Assembly: GCA_964485575.1 (NCBI GenBank)
Contig: CAZAJO010000004.1
Coordinates: 25,307-89,306, forward strand
Direction: 5' to 3'
Length of the DNA: 64,000 bases
DNA from: an uncultured Gammaproteobacteria bacterium
GTDB lineage: Bacteria > Patescibacteriota > Microgenomatia > Levybacterales > GWA1-39-11
Part shown: piece after piece, positions 38,608 to 47,727 of the stretch
How positions within the stretch are numbered: position 1 is the stretch's first letter
Layout: each line of letters opens with the position of its first letter
Position numbers and translations under genes: made by a program
Notes under the pieces: model-generated
Seen by the model: the letters and a program-made list of their open reading frames with translations, nothing else
Databases searched by the model: none
What the model was told of the DNA's origin: nothing

Positions 38608-39825
38608 CTATTCCTTGCCTAAGCCGTTGAGGAATTCTTCGTTTGTTTCAGTCTGTTGGAGTCTTTCTATAAGAATTTGAGTACGCTCATCAGGTCCTAA
38701 TACATCCATCATTCTTCTCATGGTGGCAATCTTTTTGTAATCCTTCTCAGATAACAATAGCTCTTCTTTTCTGGTGCCTGAACGCTCAATATTAATTGAA
38801 GGGAATATGCGTCGTTCTGCAAGTCTACGGTCAAGATGAAGTTCCATATTTCCAGTTCCCTTAAACTCTTCATAGATAAGATCATCCATTCTGCTTCCGG
38901 TATCAACTAATGCAGTTCCGATAACAGTTAGAGATCCACCCTCTTCACATTTTCTGGCTGCTCCAAAAAATCTTTTTGCAGGCCAAAGTGCAGCAGGATC
39001 AAATCCTCCCGTTAATGTTCTTCCTGACGGTTCAATTGAAAGATTGTATGCGCGTGCAAGTCGCGTTATTGAATCAAGCAGAATAACCACATCTGCTCCA
39101 CCTTCAACGAGTCTTTTCGCTCGATCAAGAGCAATTTCAGCTGCATTGGTTTGTGCTTCCGGTGGTTCATCAAAATTTGAGGCTACAACCTCGCCCTTAA
39201 CTGATCGTGATATATCTGTTACTTCCTCAGGGCGTTCTCCAATAAGACATGCCATCAGATGAACTTTGGGGAAATTTTCAGCAATTCCTGCTGCTAGATC
39301 CTTTAGAATAGTAGTCTTTCCTGCTTTAGGAGGGGATACTATCATTCCTCTTTGACCAAAACCAATTGGACTTACGATGTCGATGATGCGTGATGACAGT
39401 GGTGTTTTACCGGTAGAAAGAACAAGCTGCTTTATAGGATATATAGGAGTCAGGTCTTCAAAATAAACTCTTTTGACACCCTCGGCAGCTATTTTGCCGT
39501 TAATTTTTTCGATCTTCAAAAGTCCATAATATCTCTCGTTGTCTTTTGGAGGACGACCTAGACCTTCAACAAAATCCCCATTTCGTAGCCAAAAACGTCT
39601 GATTTGGGAAGAAGATATATAAATATCTTTTTCTGAAGGTCTGAATTTTGGGCGTAAAAACCCGTGTCCTTCAGGCTTTATGTCTAAAATTCCTGCAACT
39701 ACTTCAGTTGCTTGGTCACCGCGTGGACGTCCATACTCTCCCCTATCTTCAACCATAGGAGTTGCCTCCACAGGCTGTGCTTGGGATTCATCAATGTCTT
39801 CTTGAGATTTCTTTACTGGACTCAT
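38608..39825 (-). CDS. rho: Transcription termination factor Rho
   Basis: GHGFLR, DIYISSSQIRRF, GQRGMIVSPPKAGKTT, LLDSITRLARAYN, EEFKGTGNMEL. Confidence 0.97.
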   Translation of the reverse strand: MSPVKKSQEDIDESQAQPVEATPMVEDRGEYGRPRGDQATEVVAGILDIKPEGHGFLRPKFRPSEKDIYISSSQIRRFWLRNGDFVEGLGRPPKDNERYYGLLKIEKINGKIAAEGVKRVYFEDLTPIYPIKQLVLSTGKTPLSSRIIDIVSPIGFGQRGMIVSPPKAGKTTILKDLAAGIAENFPKVHLMACLIGERPEEVTDISRSVKGEVVASNFDEPPEAQTNAAEIALDRAKRLVEGGADVVILLDSITRLARAYNLSIEPSGRTLTGGFDPAALWPAKRFFGAARKCEEGGSLTVIGTALVDTGSRMDDLIYEEFKGTGNMELHLDRRLAERRIFPSINIERSGTRKEELLLSEKDYKKIATMRRMMDVLGPDERTQILIERLQQTETNEEFLNGLGKE

Positions 39826-40047
39826 ACGTAATTTCGAGGCTTAATTTGTCTGGAAAATTAACGAAGCGGAAAAATTAAAATTTTACCGAACGTTACAATT
39901 ATTAAACCACGCACCCTCAGGAAAGTCAATGGGTTATTAAAAGGCCAAACTGTAACAACCCATAATAATTAGAGTGATGTAAAACTATAAGCTACCCTAT
40001 TCCCTAAATCCTACAACCTATCACCTCACCTAAGCATCCTATAACAC

Positions 40048-40076
40048 TTGACAAACAACTCTTTCTCTGTTACAAT
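40048..40076 (+). promoter_or_regulatory. sigma70 promoter
   Basis: TTGACA-N17-TACAAT, 12 nt before ATG 40089. Confidence 0.8.
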
Positions 40077-40088
40077 CCCAAAATCAAT

Positions 40089-40787
40089 ATGAATTTTAAA
40101 AGATTTGTCGCAACATTTTTTGCTACAGCAGCTTTTCTTGCAACCGCAGGAAGCGCTATAGCTTCTGGTACCGGATATGGTACAAGTAACTGCCAAGTAA
40201 TCTACGGCGGAGGACAAGTTTGTCCAACAACCCTACAATTCTCTATAGATAAGAAAGTTCTTGCACCTACTAAAGGTGGGTCATTTGTTGATAATCTTGG
40301 ATTTAATGATGCAAAATTCCAACCAGGAGATCAGGTTTCATTTAAAATAACTCTAAAAAATACCGGAGACAAGACAATTGACCAAATAACTGTTGTTGAT
40401 ACTCTTCCAGCTTATCTTACATTTACATCTGGACCTGGAACTTATGATGCAACTTCAAGAACCGTTACCTATATCATAAAGAATATTGCTGCTAACCAAT
40501 CAAATGATCAGACAATAGTTGCTACTATCGCAAATGTTGATGCACTTCCAAAAGATCAAGGAGTTATGTGTCTTACAAACAATGTAAAAGGTAATGACAA
40601 TCAAAGTGACGTAGCAAACGATAGCTCTTCTTTTTGTATCCAAAAAGAAGCTATGACTCCAAAAGTATTCACAACAGTTCCACCTAAATCTATCCCAAAT
40701 ACCGGACCTGAAATGCTTCCTTTGCTTGGGCTTATCCCAGCTGGAATCGCAGGATTTACACTTCGAAGAAAATCAAAACTCGGATAA
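40089..40787 (+). CDS. Secreted DUF11 (B_ant repeat) protein with LPXTG-like C-terminal anchor
   Basis: Signal peptide; PGDQVSFKITLKNTG...VVDTLP; IPNTG + hydrophobic + RRK tail. Confidence 0.8.
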   Translation: MNFKRFVATFFATAAFLATAGSAIASGTGYGTSNCQVIYGGGQVCPTTLQFSIDKKVLAPTKGGSFVDNLGFNDAKFQPGDQVSFKITLKNTGDKTIDQITVVDTLPAYLTFTSGPGTYDATSRTVTYIIKNIAANQSNDQTIVATIANVDALPKDQGVMCLTNNVKGNDNQSDVANDSSSFCIQKEAMTPKVFTTVPPKSIPNTGPEMLPLLGLIPAGIAGFTLRRKSKLG

Positions 40788-40792
40788 CGCCC

Positions 40793-40838
40793 GAGTCTAC
40801 GAGGGCGCAAGCTTTGCTTACGCCCACTCGTTAGGCTT
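40793..40838 (+). terminator. Long imperfect hairpin after the DUF11 gene (terminator or REP-like)
   Basis: AGTCTA/TAGGCT, CGAG/CTCG, GGGCG/CGCCC, AAGC-TTT-GCTT nested pairing. Confidence 0.5.
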
Positions 40839-41244
40839 GAGGTTAGAGAAGGCAGCTTTCACCAAATCACCCCAACAAATTCCCAAAAAGCTTTCTTCCC
40901 TGACTTTTAAGTTAGGAAAGTAGTATGCAGCAGACTATCCATTAGCTGGATAACTTTGCACCATATACCACTTTGTTCTTTGAAAATTGGTATACAGAAA
41001 TTATTTTTGGAAGACACTTCGGTGTCGGATTGAGCGTTCCGTTGGCATGAAAGCTGCACAATGGGCCGCTCAACCCGGCACTGTAAGTTACAACCGGGAA
41101 ACTTCACTTACAAGGAGAACATATTGGAGGCTCGATCTCCGCCCACCATTCCCCAACCGCAAGGTTAGGATCAAAGAATGTGAGCGGTATCGTCCGCCTA
41201 CATTCTTCCTTTAAGTCAGAGTTCAGTTCCGGAGGAACAACACC

Positions 41245-42177
41245 TTGTCTAGGTCATCCCAAGTTTGGGTCGTGTTCAGTATCATCGTCACCGCTATCGC
41301 GGTTGGCTGGGGTATGCACACGCTCGACAACACGGATTCTGCCATCGCGGACGAACCGTCCACGACGGCAACCGCCACAGTGGCGGCCACCCAGACGCCC
41401 AACCCGGGCGACAAGAAGGACCAGCCGCCGGCGCCTAGCGCCGTCTGCCGTCTTTCGGTCATCGGGCCTTGGTCCGAGATCAATGGCACCGCCCCCTACC
41501 GCATCGAAGTCGGTGGAGGCGATGTTCAGCACATGGACTTCTACCCCACGATTGGGGTCCAGTCCATCAGCTACATCGTCGACTCCCTTCCACGCGGCGG
41601 CGTCGCCGCCAAGTGGTACGGGTACGGCCAGATGTGGCAGGGCAACAAGCACGAGTGCGCTAACTTCGACTACGTCAAGGACGCCGTCGAGTACGCGAAG
41701 GGTAACGCCAGCGGCCAGCCCGGCCGCCTCCAGCAGGGCCACAGCGGGATCGTCATTGATCTCCGCGGTGGCAACTTCAAGATCATCGAGAAGCCGAAAG
41801 GCTGGACCGAAGATCAGATCGATGCCCTCATCGCCCTCCACAAGGCGGCGATGAACCCTGCCAATCCGCCTACTGCTGGTGCTGTTCAGGCTCCCAGCGG
41901 CAAGTGCGAAGCCGTCCGCGTTATGCAAGACGAAACCAAGCGCCCCAACGGCGCCAACAGTATCGTTAAGCTTGGCGGCGACGGCCACGCCTACGTCTTC
42001 GAACTCTGGAATCCAGAAGTTCAGGGCGGCAAGGAGATGAAGGTCCTGATTCCTGCAGGCGAAAGCCGTACGTTCACTGGTTTTGGTGGCGCCGCATGGC
42101 AATACCCAACCACGTGCACGGCTCAGCAGATCAAGGACGACTTCAACAACAACCCGAAGCCTGCCTATACCGGTTAA
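41245..42177 (+). CDS. GC-rich membrane-anchored/secreted hypothetical protein
   Basis: GGAGG SD before TTG; N-terminal TM, Thr/Pro linker, paired Cys; strong C/G third-position bias in this frame. Confidence 0.75.
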   Translation: MSRSSQVWVVFSIIVTAIAVGWGMHTLDNTDSAIADEPSTTATATVAATQTPNPGDKKDQPPAPSAVCRLSVIGPWSEINGTAPYRIEVGGGDVQHMDFYPTIGVQSISYIVDSLPRGGVAAKWYGYGQMWQGNKHECANFDYVKDAVEYAKGNASGQPGRLQQGHSGIVIDLRGGNFKIIEKPKGWTEDQIDALIALHKAAMNPANPPTAGAVQAPSGKCEAVRVMQDETKRPNGANSIVKLGGDGHAYVFELWNPEVQGGKEMKVLIPAGESRTFTGFGGAAWQYPTTCTAQQIKDDFNNNPKPAYTG

Positions 42178-42209
42178 TCCGGTGGCCGACTTCTCTGTAT
42201 ACCAAGCTC

Positions 42210-42237
42210 GGGATGGTCCCCTTCGGGGGGCCGTCCC
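42210..42237 (+). terminator. C(UUCG)G hairpin after the GC-rich gene
   Basis: GGGATGGTCCCC-TTCG-GGGGGCCGTCCC; no clear U-tract. Confidence 0.5.
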
Positions 42238-42368
42238 GGCAAGAGAGGGGAGGCGCTAACACCGCTTCCAAAGAACAAACCGGGCATGCCCGGCAGAACG
42301 CTTTGGAGTCGATTGCCTCCCCCCTTTCCCCCTGTACATAAAAACTTTTGTGTACAGAGCCGAAAGGT

Positions 42369-42578
42369 ATGAAAATTTTACAAATAATAGTAATGGGAGT
42401 CATAGGAATAGGCCTTATTGGGGTCGTATATTTTCTTGGCATGAAGCATATCCAAAATGAAGCAATAGACAAATGTCTAGCCGTTGGAAAAGCACAATTT
42501 GTGAGAGATGGCCAGACTCTTACTGGTCCTGATGGATATTGGTATCAGTACTGTATGAAAGAAAAAGGGCTCAAATAA
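42369..42578 (+). CDS. Small membrane-anchored protein with two Cys
   Basis: TM then AIDKCL...YQYCMKEKG; start placed at ATG 42369. Confidence 0.65.
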   Translation: MKILQIIVMGVIGIGLIGVVYFLGMKHIQNEAIDKCLAVGKAQFVRDGQTLTGPDGYWYQYCMKEKGLK

Positions 42579-42589
42579 AAAATATTAAT

Positions 42590-43477
42590 ATGAAAAAACC
42601 ATTAGTATCAGTCATCATGCCAGTCTATAATGCAGGAAAATTCCTAAAACCTGCAATCGATAGTATTTTGAATCAATCATTTCAGGATTTTGAACTTATT
42701 ATTATTGATGATGCCTCTTCAGATGGATCACTTGAGACATTGGAACAATACAAAAGACATTATCCTTTTAAGATAAAGGTTATCGAAATGAAGAAGAACC
42801 TCAATTGTGGTGGAGATAGATGTGCGAATGAAGGATTAAAAATTGCAAAGGGAACATATATTGCCAGAATGGATGCTGACGATGTTGCTCATAAGAGTAG
42901 GCTTCAAAAGCAAATAGACTTTCTTGAGTCTAATGAAGATGTATTTCTCGTCGGTTCAAACGCCTATGTGATTGATAAACAGGGAAAAATAATCGGTGAA
43001 AAAAATGAACCATCAACTCATAAAGAGATTTATAATTCCTATTTCTCTTTTCACCCTCTTATCCACCCTACGTGCATGATGAGAAGAACATTCAAAAACA
43101 AAAAGTTTAGCTACAAACTTTCATATAATGCCAATAATGACTATCTTACCTTCTTCACTCTTATTTGTAGTGGAGCAAAATTTGCCAATCTCAACGATAA
43201 ACTTTTGTACTATAGAATTCATGGAAAGAATGATACTTTCGTACATATGAAGCAAAAATTCATAAATACCATGAAGATCAGACTCAAGATGATCTCAAAA
43301 TATGGTTACAGACCAAGCAAACGGGCTGTAATACTTAGCATTATTCAAGCAACTGCATTTTTGATACTTCCCGAAAAGGTACTTTTTAATATGTACCTTA
43401 CGAGCCGCGGCATCATAAAAAGACCTGTATTTAATTTTTCATACAAAAATTTTATATCTGTGAGATTGAGTGCCTAA
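42590..43477 (+). CDS. Glycosyltransferase family 2
   Basis: VSVIMPVYN, IIIDDASSD, YIARMDADD. Confidence 0.93.
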   Translation: MKKPLVSVIMPVYNAGKFLKPAIDSILNQSFQDFELIIIDDASSDGSLETLEQYKRHYPFKIKVIEMKKNLNCGGDRCANEGLKIAKGTYIARMDADDVAHKSRLQKQIDFLESNEDVFLVGSNAYVIDKQGKIIGEKNEPSTHKEIYNSYFSFHPLIHPTCMMRRTFKNKKFSYKLSYNANNDYLTFFTLICSGAKFANLNDKLLYYRIHGKNDTFVHMKQKFINTMKIRLKMISKYGYRPSKRAVILSIIQATAFLILPEKVLFNMYLTSRGIIKRPVFNFSYKNFISVRLSA

Positions 43478-43478
43478 T

Positions 43479-46400
43479 ATGAATTTAGTCAAAAAAATAT
43501 GGAAAAACTTCTCTTACTACGCAGTAGCAAGCTTCGCTTACCCTCTGCTTCTCATAGTAATTGAAGCAGTAGTTTTTGCTGCAAATTTCACTCCAAAAAC
43601 ATACCTCATTGGCTGGGACAATGTCATGCCTGAGTTCAATTTGAAGTTAAATTACCTGAGAGCTTTAAGTGCTGTGTGGCAGGACTATAGAGGACTTGGA
43701 ACGCTGGATGGGATGGCACACGGTGCAAATCTCTTTCATGTTATGTATATCAATTTACTGAGCTTTTTCTTGCCTCAAAATATGCTCCGTTATTCATTTA
43801 TAGGACTTACTCATCTTATCGGAGGAATCGCTTTCTATTATTTGGCTGTGAAGCTATTCAAGAACAAACACGGGGCATTTTTGGGCGCCCTCTTTTATCT
43901 TTTTAACCTTGGGGTTATCCAAATGTACTTTGCCCCTCTTGAAGTATTTGCGATGCATTTTGCTGCTCTTCCTATTATGGGGCTTGCCATACTACATGCT
44001 ATAAAGAAAAAGACTAGAACCTCCTTATTTGTTCTAGGAGCTGCAAGTCTTATGACAACTCCACAAGCTTTTGTTCCAACAGTATTTATCTCCTACTCAC
44101 TTTTTGTAGCCCTACTTATGGTTTTTTCATTCAAAAAAACCTTGATCAAAAGATTTATTCTAATATTAGGAATTCTTTTTATTACCAATGCATTTTGGTT
44201 GCTTCCTTTTTCATATACTGCTCTTTTTAAGTCTGCCGTTGTCCAAAATACAAGGATCAATGAATTCTCATCTGAAGAGATCTATTACCGCAATAAGGCA
44301 AAAGGGAACATAACTGATGTCATGACTCTTAAGGGATTTATGATAGATACTATCGAATATGACTCATTTAAGAAAGAGAATTTTAACTTCATGCAAAAAT
44401 GGCTGGATCAGACAAAAACAGTATCATTTAAAATAATTTCTTCAGCAATCGCAGGACTTATGATCCTCGGGTCATTTCTTGTCATTCGTTTCAGGCTTAA
44501 ATCACTCTACCCATTTTTGGCTACAAATTTGATAACTCTCGTTCTTCTTGCCAATAATACTCCTGGCCTGACAATGGTTAATGATGGTGTTAGGACCATC
44601 TTCCCTCTTTTTGGTGAGGCTTTCCGCTTCCCCTTCACAAAGTTCATTACGGTTTTTGCTTTTACCTACGCGATGCTTTTTGGTCTTGGGGTGAGTTTTG
44701 CCATCAAATTTATCCTCAACGGCTTTTCTTCAGCCCTAAATCATATAGAGTTTTTAAAACATAGACTCAAAACTCTGTCTTTTTCCCTATACCTTTTGGC
44801 TATTCTTATATTATCCGCCTCTATCCTGTGGTACGCAAAGCCGATATTTACTGGTAATTTTACCTCACCATTTCTAAGACTTTCTGTACCTTCCGACTAT
44901 CAGGCAACGATGACTTATTTTAACGGTCAAAACCCCGATGGAAGAATACTTACTTTTCCGCTCAATAGTTTTTGGAACTGGGAGTATCGAAATTGGGGAC
45001 ACAGAGGTTCAGGCTTTTTATGGTATGGCATTTCCCAGCCTCTACTTATCAGAGCTTTCGACCCATGGAGTAACCAAAACGAACAACTCTATAACGAATT
45101 TGCCACATCTTATTCAAATAAGGATATAGCTTCATTTGATACACTTTTGAAGAAATATGATGTTTCATTTATATTAATTGATAAGACTGTTTTAAATACT
45201 ATATCTCCAAAACCAGTCGATTATGGTGAGGTTGAAGAATTCTTAAGTAAAAGCACATTGGTCAAAAAAGACGCATCTTTCGGAACTCAGCTTATATATA
45301 AGTCTAGAAAATTACCTTCAAAAGTAGCCCAACTACCACTTCTTAACACTATTAATTCTTACCCTGCAACATTACAACAATCAAAAGATACTTTAATTTC
45401 ATCATCAGGCAACTACTATGTATCAGCAAAAAATCCAGACATCATAACTCCCTTGCCGTCAATTTCAACATTGAAGTTACAGAAAGAAAACCAATTTAAC
45501 TGGCTCTACAAAAATAACGTCTTAACCTTTAGCTCGAAAAATGTACCATTCGAATCTAAAGGAAGAAAGATCCTACTTCCTTCCCTATTTAAGGATGAGT
45601 TCTTGATACCGGTCAGTAGTTCAACTGGAGAAAATACGGTCACAATAACACCGATATATCCAAATGTAGTCATTAATGGTAAAAGCTTAACAGTGCCGGT
45701 AACCCCTATTGTTATCCGTACAACAAACGTCACTTATCCAACAAAAATTAGTTTTGTAGATACAAATAATACGGTTGAAATTGGGGGTGATATCAACAGC
45801 TTTCTTCTAAATGACTTTACGAATACCATCAAAATCAGTGATGGTGTTAATGAAGAATACGCGACTATCGATACTACAACTGTTGAAAAATCTCCTATCG
45901 TCCTTGATATTCCATACGACAAAATAAGCTCATTTGAGATATCAGTGCCAACCTTTGATACCGAGCTTGGTAAAGCAAATTATGTAAAGAACAAGCAATA
46001 TATCATCACAAAAGCATCTGACCAATCAAAGATCAAAAACAAGACATCAAACTCAAAAACCACCATTACAAAAAATGGCGTAGGTCTTGAGACAATAAGT
46101 GATACTACTTCTCTTGATATATATCTTGACACTTTGTACCACGCTGCATCATACGCTGTTGTAGGCTCTATCAACCACAAAAAGGGTCTTCCTGTAAATT
46201 TTTATGTAGACAATCCAAAAGAATCAAAGCCAATCCTAGAGACAAAAATGGGTAATGGCCAAAATATTGCTATAGTTACTGGCACAGATACCTATTCAAA
46301 GGGGTATGGATTTCATTTCGGCGTAAAGTCAGTCGGCACTGAAATCGCAAACACGCAGATAAATGAGGTGAGCATATTTCCTATACCTCAAAAAACTATA

Positions 46401-46898
46401 GAATCAGTGCGTATCTTTAGTCCAAACTCCTATATATTATCGGGTCAAAATCCGGAAAAAGAAGCGCTTTCTTATACAAAAACCGGAGATTTTGTATTTG
46501 AAACTAATGGAAAAGACAACTCCATAATCACGTTGTCAGAATCATACGACAAGGGCTGGAAGGCATATGAGATGAAGAACAAGGGAATACTTGCTTCAAT
46601 ATTTCCATTTATCTTTGGGAAAGAGGTAAAATCACACGTCTTAGTCAACAACTGGGCAAATGGCTGGATACTGGATAGCAAACAACAAACTTCAAACACT
46701 AAGCTAGCTTTAGTCTACCTACCTCAATATCTTGAGATTTTGGGGCTTTCACTTCTTGGGATTCCTTTACTTTTTATTCTCATTTCTTTGTATGAAAGAT
46801 TCATGCTGCCTATTACAACTAATGTGGATGCATTCTTTGATGTAAGAGCCAACATGCTTCGCCGGAAAATAAATAAAAGTCTTCATCCTAATTCCTAG
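43479..46898 (+). CDS. Large polytopic membrane protein, GT-C/YfhO-like glycosyltransferase
   Basis: About 12 N-terminal TM, EAFRFPFTKF, large external domain, LSESYDKGW...HVLVNNWANGW, C-terminal TM; follows GT2. Confidence 0.65.
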   Translation: MNLVKKIWKNFSYYAVASFAYPLLLIVIEAVVFAANFTPKTYLIGWDNVMPEFNLKLNYLRALSAVWQDYRGLGTLDGMAHGANLFHVMYINLLSFFLPQNMLRYSFIGLTHLIGGIAFYYLAVKLFKNKHGAFLGALFYLFNLGVIQMYFAPLEVFAMHFAALPIMGLAILHAIKKKTRTSLFVLGAASLMTTPQAFVPTVFISYSLFVALLMVFSFKKTLIKRFILILGILFITNAFWLLPFSYTALFKSAVVQNTRINEFSSEEIYYRNKAKGNITDVMTLKGFMIDTIEYDSFKKENFNFMQKWLDQTKTVSFKIISSAIAGLMILGSFLVIRFRLKSLYPFLATNLITLVLLANNTPGLTMVNDGVRTIFPLFGEAFRFPFTKFITVFAFTYAMLFGLGVSFAIKFILNGFSSALNHIEFLKHRLKTLSFSLYLLAILILSASILWYAKPIFTGNFTSPFLRLSVPSDYQATMTYFNGQNPDGRILTFPLNSFWNWEYRNWGHRGSGFLWYGISQPLLIRAFDPWSNQNEQLYNEFATSYSNKDIASFDTLLKKYDVSFILIDKTVLNTISPKPVDYGEVEEFLSKSTLVKKDASFGTQLIYKSRKLPSKVAQLPLLNTINSYPATLQQSKDTLISSSGNYYVSAKNPDIITPLPSISTLKLQKENQFNWLYKNNVLTFSSKNVPFESKGRKILLPSLFKDEFLIPVSSSTGENTVTITPIYPNVVINGKSLTVPVTPIVIRTTNVTYPTKISFVDTNNTVEIGGDINSFLLNDFTNTIKISDGVNEEYATIDTTTVEKSPIVLDIPYDKISSFEISVPTFDTELGKANYVKNKQYIITKASDQSKIKNKTSNSKTTITKNGVGLETISDTTSLDIYLDTLYHAASYAVVGSINHKKGLPVNFYVDNPKESKPILETKMGNGQNIAIVTGTDTYSKGYGFHFGVKSVGTEIANTQINEVSIFPIPQKTIESVRIFSPNSYILSGQNPEKEALSYTKTGDFVFETNGKDNSIITLSESYDKGWKAYEMKNKGILASIFPFIFGKEVKSHVLVNNWANGWILDSKQQTSNTKLALVYLPQYLEILGLSLLGIPLLFILISLYERFMLPITTNVDAFFDVRANMLRRKINKSLHPNS

Positions 46899-47014
46899 AT
46901 TCTCCCCAAGTTATCCACATTTAATTTGTGTGTCAAAATATATTGATTTGATAGGCTAAAATGAATACATACTAACTCTAGGTCTACATCATAATATATC
47001 ACTTTTGTTATAGG

Positions 47015-47043
47015 TTGAAGAGGTTGACAAGATGTGTTATACT
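47015..47043 (+). promoter_or_regulatory. sigma70 promoter with extended -10
   Basis: TTGAAG-N17-TATACT with TG at the extended position; ATG 10 nt downstream. Confidence 0.65.
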
Positions 47044-47053
47044 TTTGACAATT

Positions 47054-47203
47054 ATGAAACTTTTTTCATTCACCACCAAAAAACGTTCCAAGAACAATAG
47101 AAGTAAAAGGATATTTGCGGACTATCAACAGGAGTCTGTAAATAACTACGGAAAACAACAATTAAAATCACTCATCAGTCGGGGCATTAGTGTCCAATGG
47201 TAG
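47054..47203 (+). CDS. Small basic protein (49 aa)
   Basis: MKLFSFTTKKRSKNNRSKRIFADYQQESVNNYGKQQLKSLISRGISVQW directly behind a good promoter. Confidence 0.55.
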   Translation: MKLFSFTTKKRSKNNRSKRIFADYQQESVNNYGKQQLKSLISRGISVQW

Positions 47204-47241
47204 AGAACTGGTGAGGCAGGATCTTTTAAAATAACGGGTTT

Positions 47242-47543
47242 TAGTTAACAGTTAACTTTCTTTCTTTGACGAGGAGAAAGAAAAAGAGCATCGCTTTCGC
47301 TACTCATAAATAAATTCAAGTACGAAAAGCAATGCTCTTTTAACTGTTAGCTATTAGTCTTTAGGCAGGGTAAGACTATGCTAAGAATCAAATTAGCAAA
47401 TTCTACTCTTCCTTGTCAAGAAAACATGATGAAGCGGATTGTGATCATTTAGATTGTTAAATGAACACTTTTCACGAAGGGTATTTGGTCGGGAGTGAGT
47501 GAGTTGGGCAGGCTTTCTCACTTCCGATTAAGTACCCTTTTTT
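47242..47543 (+). ncRNA. Candidate structured RNA of unknown class
   Basis: 14-bp stem closing a three-way junction, three further hairpins, and a 23-bp stem whose only non-Watson-Crick pairs are G-U on the + strand, then T6. Confidence 0.55.
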
Positions 47544-47554
47544 AGTACCCAAAA

Positions 47555-47727
47555 ATCATCGATTGCAGTTCTGAACTTGAGATTTAGATTGAACGAACGT
47601 CTCGACAGCCGAAAAGGCGGAGCGTACCCGCGAAGTCCGGGCTGTAGTGAGTGAATGAAAAATCGAGCGTTCAAGGCTGCATCTCGATGAGAGCTTTTGG
47701 TTCTTTTCTCGGAAGAAAAGAACAGAG
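47555..47727 (+). repeat. Dispersed structured repeat family B, copy 2
   Basis: Direct repeat of 35587-35760; abuts the pyk stop codon. Confidence 0.9.

Noticed and set aside
41180-42102. Overlapping long ORFs 41254-42102(-) and 41180-41854(+)
   Set aside because: Shadow frames of a GC-rich gene; only 41245-42177 has an SD, TM and normal composition
46911-46919. oriC, from a perfect DnaA box TTATCCACA
   Set aside because: Single box, no cluster and no dnaA/dnaN nearby; at most a regulatory site
47181-47220. tRNA-like 5' end (GGGGCATTAGTGTCCAATGGTAGAG)
   Set aside because: No anticodon arm, T-loop or acceptor complement follows; it lies within the small ORF
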